Shown here: in pieces, positions 60,945-64,000 of the stretch | How positions within the stretch are numbered: the first letter of the stretch is position 1 | How the letters are laid out: the number at the start of each line of letters is the position of its first letter | Assembly: GCA_002269645.1 (NCBI GenBank) | Contig: NIVC01000962.1 | Location: 62,001 to 126,000 of the forward strand | Direction of reading: 5' to 3' | Source of the DNA: Macrostomum lignano | Taxonomy: Eukaryota | DNA length: 64,000 nucleotides | The notes under the pieces: model-generated | Database searches by the model: none | Told to the model about the DNA's origin: nothing | Seen by the model: the letters and a program-made list of their open reading frames with translations, nothing else | Position numbers and translations under genes: made by a program

Positions 60945-61862
60945 TAGGTGACAGCATGACCAGGAGACAGCATGATCAGGTGACAGAATGGCCAGGTGAC
61001 AGCATGACCAGGTGACAGCATGACCAGGAGACAGCATGATCAGGTGACAGAATGGCCAGGTGACAGCATGACCAGGTGACAGCATGATCAGGTGACAGAA
61101 TGATCAGGTGACAGCATGACCAGGTGACAGCATGATCAGGTGACAGAATGATCAGGTGACAGAATGGCCAGGTGACAGCATGACCAGGTGACAGCATGAC
61201 CAGGTGACAGCATGACCAGGTGACAGCATGACCAGGTGACAGCATGACCAGGTGACAGCATGACCAGGTGACAGCATGACCAGGTGACAGCATGACCAGG
61301 TGACAGCATGACCAGGTGACAGCATGACCAGGTGACAGCATGACCAGGTGACAGCATGACCAGGTGACAGCATGACCAGGTGACAGCATGACCAGGTGAC
61401 AGCATGACCAGGTGACAGCATGACCAGGTGACAGCATGACCAGGTGACAGCATGACCAGGTGACAGCATGACCAGGTGACAGCATGACCAGGTGACAGCA
61501 TGACCAGGTGACAGCATGACCAGGTGACAGCATGACCAGGTGACAGCATGACCAGGTGACAGCATGACCAGGTGACAGCATGACCAGGTGACAGCATGAC
61601 CAGGTGACAGCATGACCAGGTGACAGCATGACCAGGTGACAGCATGACCAGGTGACAGCATGACCAGGTGACAGCATGACCAGGTGACAGCATGACCAGG
61701 TGACAGCATGACCAGGTGACAGCATGACCAGGTGACAGCATGACCAGGTGACAGCATGACCAGGTGACAGCATGACCAGGTGACAGCATGACCAGGTGAC
61801 AGCATGACCAGGTGACAGCATGACCAGGTGACAGCATGACCAGGTGACAGCATGACCAGGTG
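60945..61862. repeat. 16-bp minisatellite CATGACCAGGTGACAG (~57 copies)
   Basis: Near-perfect periodicity, with diverged units at the left edge. Confidence 0.98.
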
Positions 61863-62329
61863 TGAGGTGCTTGAATCGCCCATTACAAATGAGGAAATGC
61901 ATAAAATGATCCCTATAGTAGGGAGACAATATTAAAAGCATTTTCTTTAATCCCAGACTAAGGGTTGCCCAATGGGTCCATTATTTTTATTTCATTTCGA
62001 TTTCCCAAGGAGCCGCGGCTTTCCCCTGCTTGCCCCCAAGTTTTTTCTGTTTATTTTCAATTTACATTGGCAGCAAACAAAGAATTCGGCAACAGCCTCC
62101 CGGAGACTCCAGCTTCGCCCACTTGATGTTGATGCCCGGAAGCTAAAAAAGCTTTTTGGGTTTTAATTGATTTTCTTTCTTCAATTAGGGCGCACAATTG
62201 TGCAACAGCCGGCTCGAAGAGTCTTGGGCAGAACTTGCTGGCGTGAATTGCTATGGGGTAATTGGATGGATAAAGCAAACAGGCTGAGAAGCTGTCGCTG
62301 AGCACATTTGTGAGGCTAATGGAGTCCTG

Positions 62330-62650
62330 TCTCTCATCCCTCTCATTCTTACCCTTTTTCTCATCAATTCTCATCCTCTTTTTCACGCATTGTCATCCTC
62401 TGTTTCATTCATTCTCATCCTCTTTCTCATCCATTCTCACCCTCTGTCTTATCCATTCTCACCTGCTTTCTCATCCGTTCTCACCGTCTTTCTCATTGAT
62501 TCTCATCGTCTGTCTCATCCATTGTCACCCTCTGTCTCATCCATTCTCATCCTCTGTCTCATCCTTTCTCATCCTCTGGCTCATCCATTCTCACCTTTCC
62601 TATCCATTCTCACCTTCTTTCTCATCCATTCTCACTCTCTTTCTCATTCG
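62330..62650. repeat. Degenerate pyrimidine-rich TTCTCATCC repeat
   Basis: Direct inspection. Confidence 0.75.
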
Positions 62651-63002
62651 GTCTAGCTTTTGCTAGACCGAATCGCAATTTCATTTCAACTTATCGAACA
62701 AAGACCGATTAGAAAGGGCAGCCCGGATGAGGCGGGCAGTCAGTGGGAGGAGTTTTGGTATAAAAAATATTCCCAACTAGTCATTTAGGGCCCTCATCCC
62801 CCAGTCACGCCTGGGGGCTCGGGGGCCGCCCCAAAGCCAAGGGGACCAGAGTCTGGGGTGCCAACTCTTTTTCCGGAAACCCCATTGTTAACCTTAAACC
62901 GTTTTTTAGACTTGCTTTCATTTAAAAAATCACTGAATTCCTATCTGTTCGGAGCTCTTTGTAAACAGCATTTCTTAAAACTTTTTTTTTCATCTAGATG
63001 TT

Positions 63003-63390
63003 TGGGTTTAGGTTTTGGTTAGGGTTTATATACTTGGGTTTAGGTTGGGGTTTAGGTTAGGGTTTAGGTTGGGGTTTAGGTTAGGGTTTAAGCTTGGGTT
63101 TAGGTTAGGGTTTAGGTTGGGGTTTAGGTTAGGGTTTAAGCTTGAGTTTAGGTCAGGGTTTAGACTTGAGTTTAGGTTAGGGTTTAGGTTGAGGTTTAGG
63201 CTTGGTTTTAGATTAGGGTTTAGGCTTGGGTTTAGATTGGGGTTTAGGTTAGGGTTTAGGTTAGGATTTTGGTTTGGGTTTAATTTAGGGTTTAGGTTAG
63301 GGTTTAGGTTAGGGTTTAGGTTAGGGTTAGGGTTTAGGTTAGGGTTGGGGTTTAGGTTAGGGTTAGGGTTTAGGTTAGGGTTTAGGTTGG
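63003..63390 (+). repeat. Interstitial telomere-like repeat (GGGTTTAGGTTA)n with TTAGGG runs
   Basis: 12-bp GGGTTTAGGTTA units and short TTAGGGTTAGGG runs near 63320-63370. Confidence 0.85.
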
Positions 63391-64000
63391 GGGGCAAACG
63401 GCAACTTAAACCGAGGGACTCTGTGACATCCGCCAGCTTTTCGTTTTTCGAGGAGGCTCTTCCCCCTCCTTTTCGTTCTGGCCTGGCGTGGAAGCGGCTA
63501 GCTTCCTCGTCTTGGTCTGCTGGTGGGGGACGGATCCCCCCTGCTGCTTTTTTGCGGGGCAGGTGGCTGCTAAGTAGTTGGCTGCTGGCTAAGCGCCAAC
63601 TACCCATCGACAGCCCTTAGTTGCAACTGGTACCACACGGGTTCTCGAGGGCCGCTCTTGTGGGGGAGGGCTCGGGCGTCGGCTGTCAACTCGACCTGGC
63701 GCCTGTGTCCCAAGCCCGCAGCCGGCCTCCCGCCCCCTGATCTTGCAGAGTGTGGACCGGGGGCCTGCCGGAGCCTCGCCTGGGAGCAATCCTGGGATAA
63801 GACGGCAACCCAAAGCTTCTCTGCTGTTTACCGTGGCAGAGGGTAGCTCCACGGAGCTGGCTGGGGGTATATCCAGTCCCCGAGCGGTTACCCCCCTCTT
63901 TTCTACATTTCAGTTTTTCCATTTCAGCCTACTCTGCATGGATAAATCAAAACCACCTGACACGGCTCGGGAGCCGTCAATTCCCGCGGCCGGGGGTCCG

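Noticed and set aside
60976-63620. SPGHAVTWSCCHLVML and FRLG/NPNL repeat proteins
   Set aside because: Translations of the 16-bp and telomere-like repeats.

Overview
Eukaryotic (animal) genomic DNA. GC-rich, Gln/Ala-rich exons sit among many different minisatellite arrays, a pattern that suggests a Macrostomum-type flatworm; the organism is inferred, not shown. The first ~10.8 kb is a 14-bp two-state satellite. Six genes are supported, with exon models built by hand from GT/AG sites and reading-frame phase: OGFOD1 (-), RABL2 (-, 6 exons, 205 aa), TMEM258 (+), CCP110-like (+), an intronless RNF8-like RING gene (-) and TFAP2/AP-2 (-, one exon junction unresolved). Mobile DNA: a decayed Mag-type Ty3/Gypsy element (143-bp LTRs, CCAAG TSD, tRNA-Ser PBS), apparently nested in a ~1.4-kb solo LTR inside the RABL2/TMEM258 head-to-head region; a Merlin transposon with transposase remnant; two TIR MITEs; and a CORE-type SINE. 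Most long ORFs in the supplied track are repeat artefacts. I found no clearly new multi-gene system. The best leads are a U12-type intron in RABL2, inverted minisatellites bracketing the last OGFOD1 exon, a dispersed 28-bp minisatellite overlapping a splice donor, cores shared among otherwise unrelated arrays, and CpG-free intronic deserts. All counts were made by eye; copy numbers are span divided by unit length.
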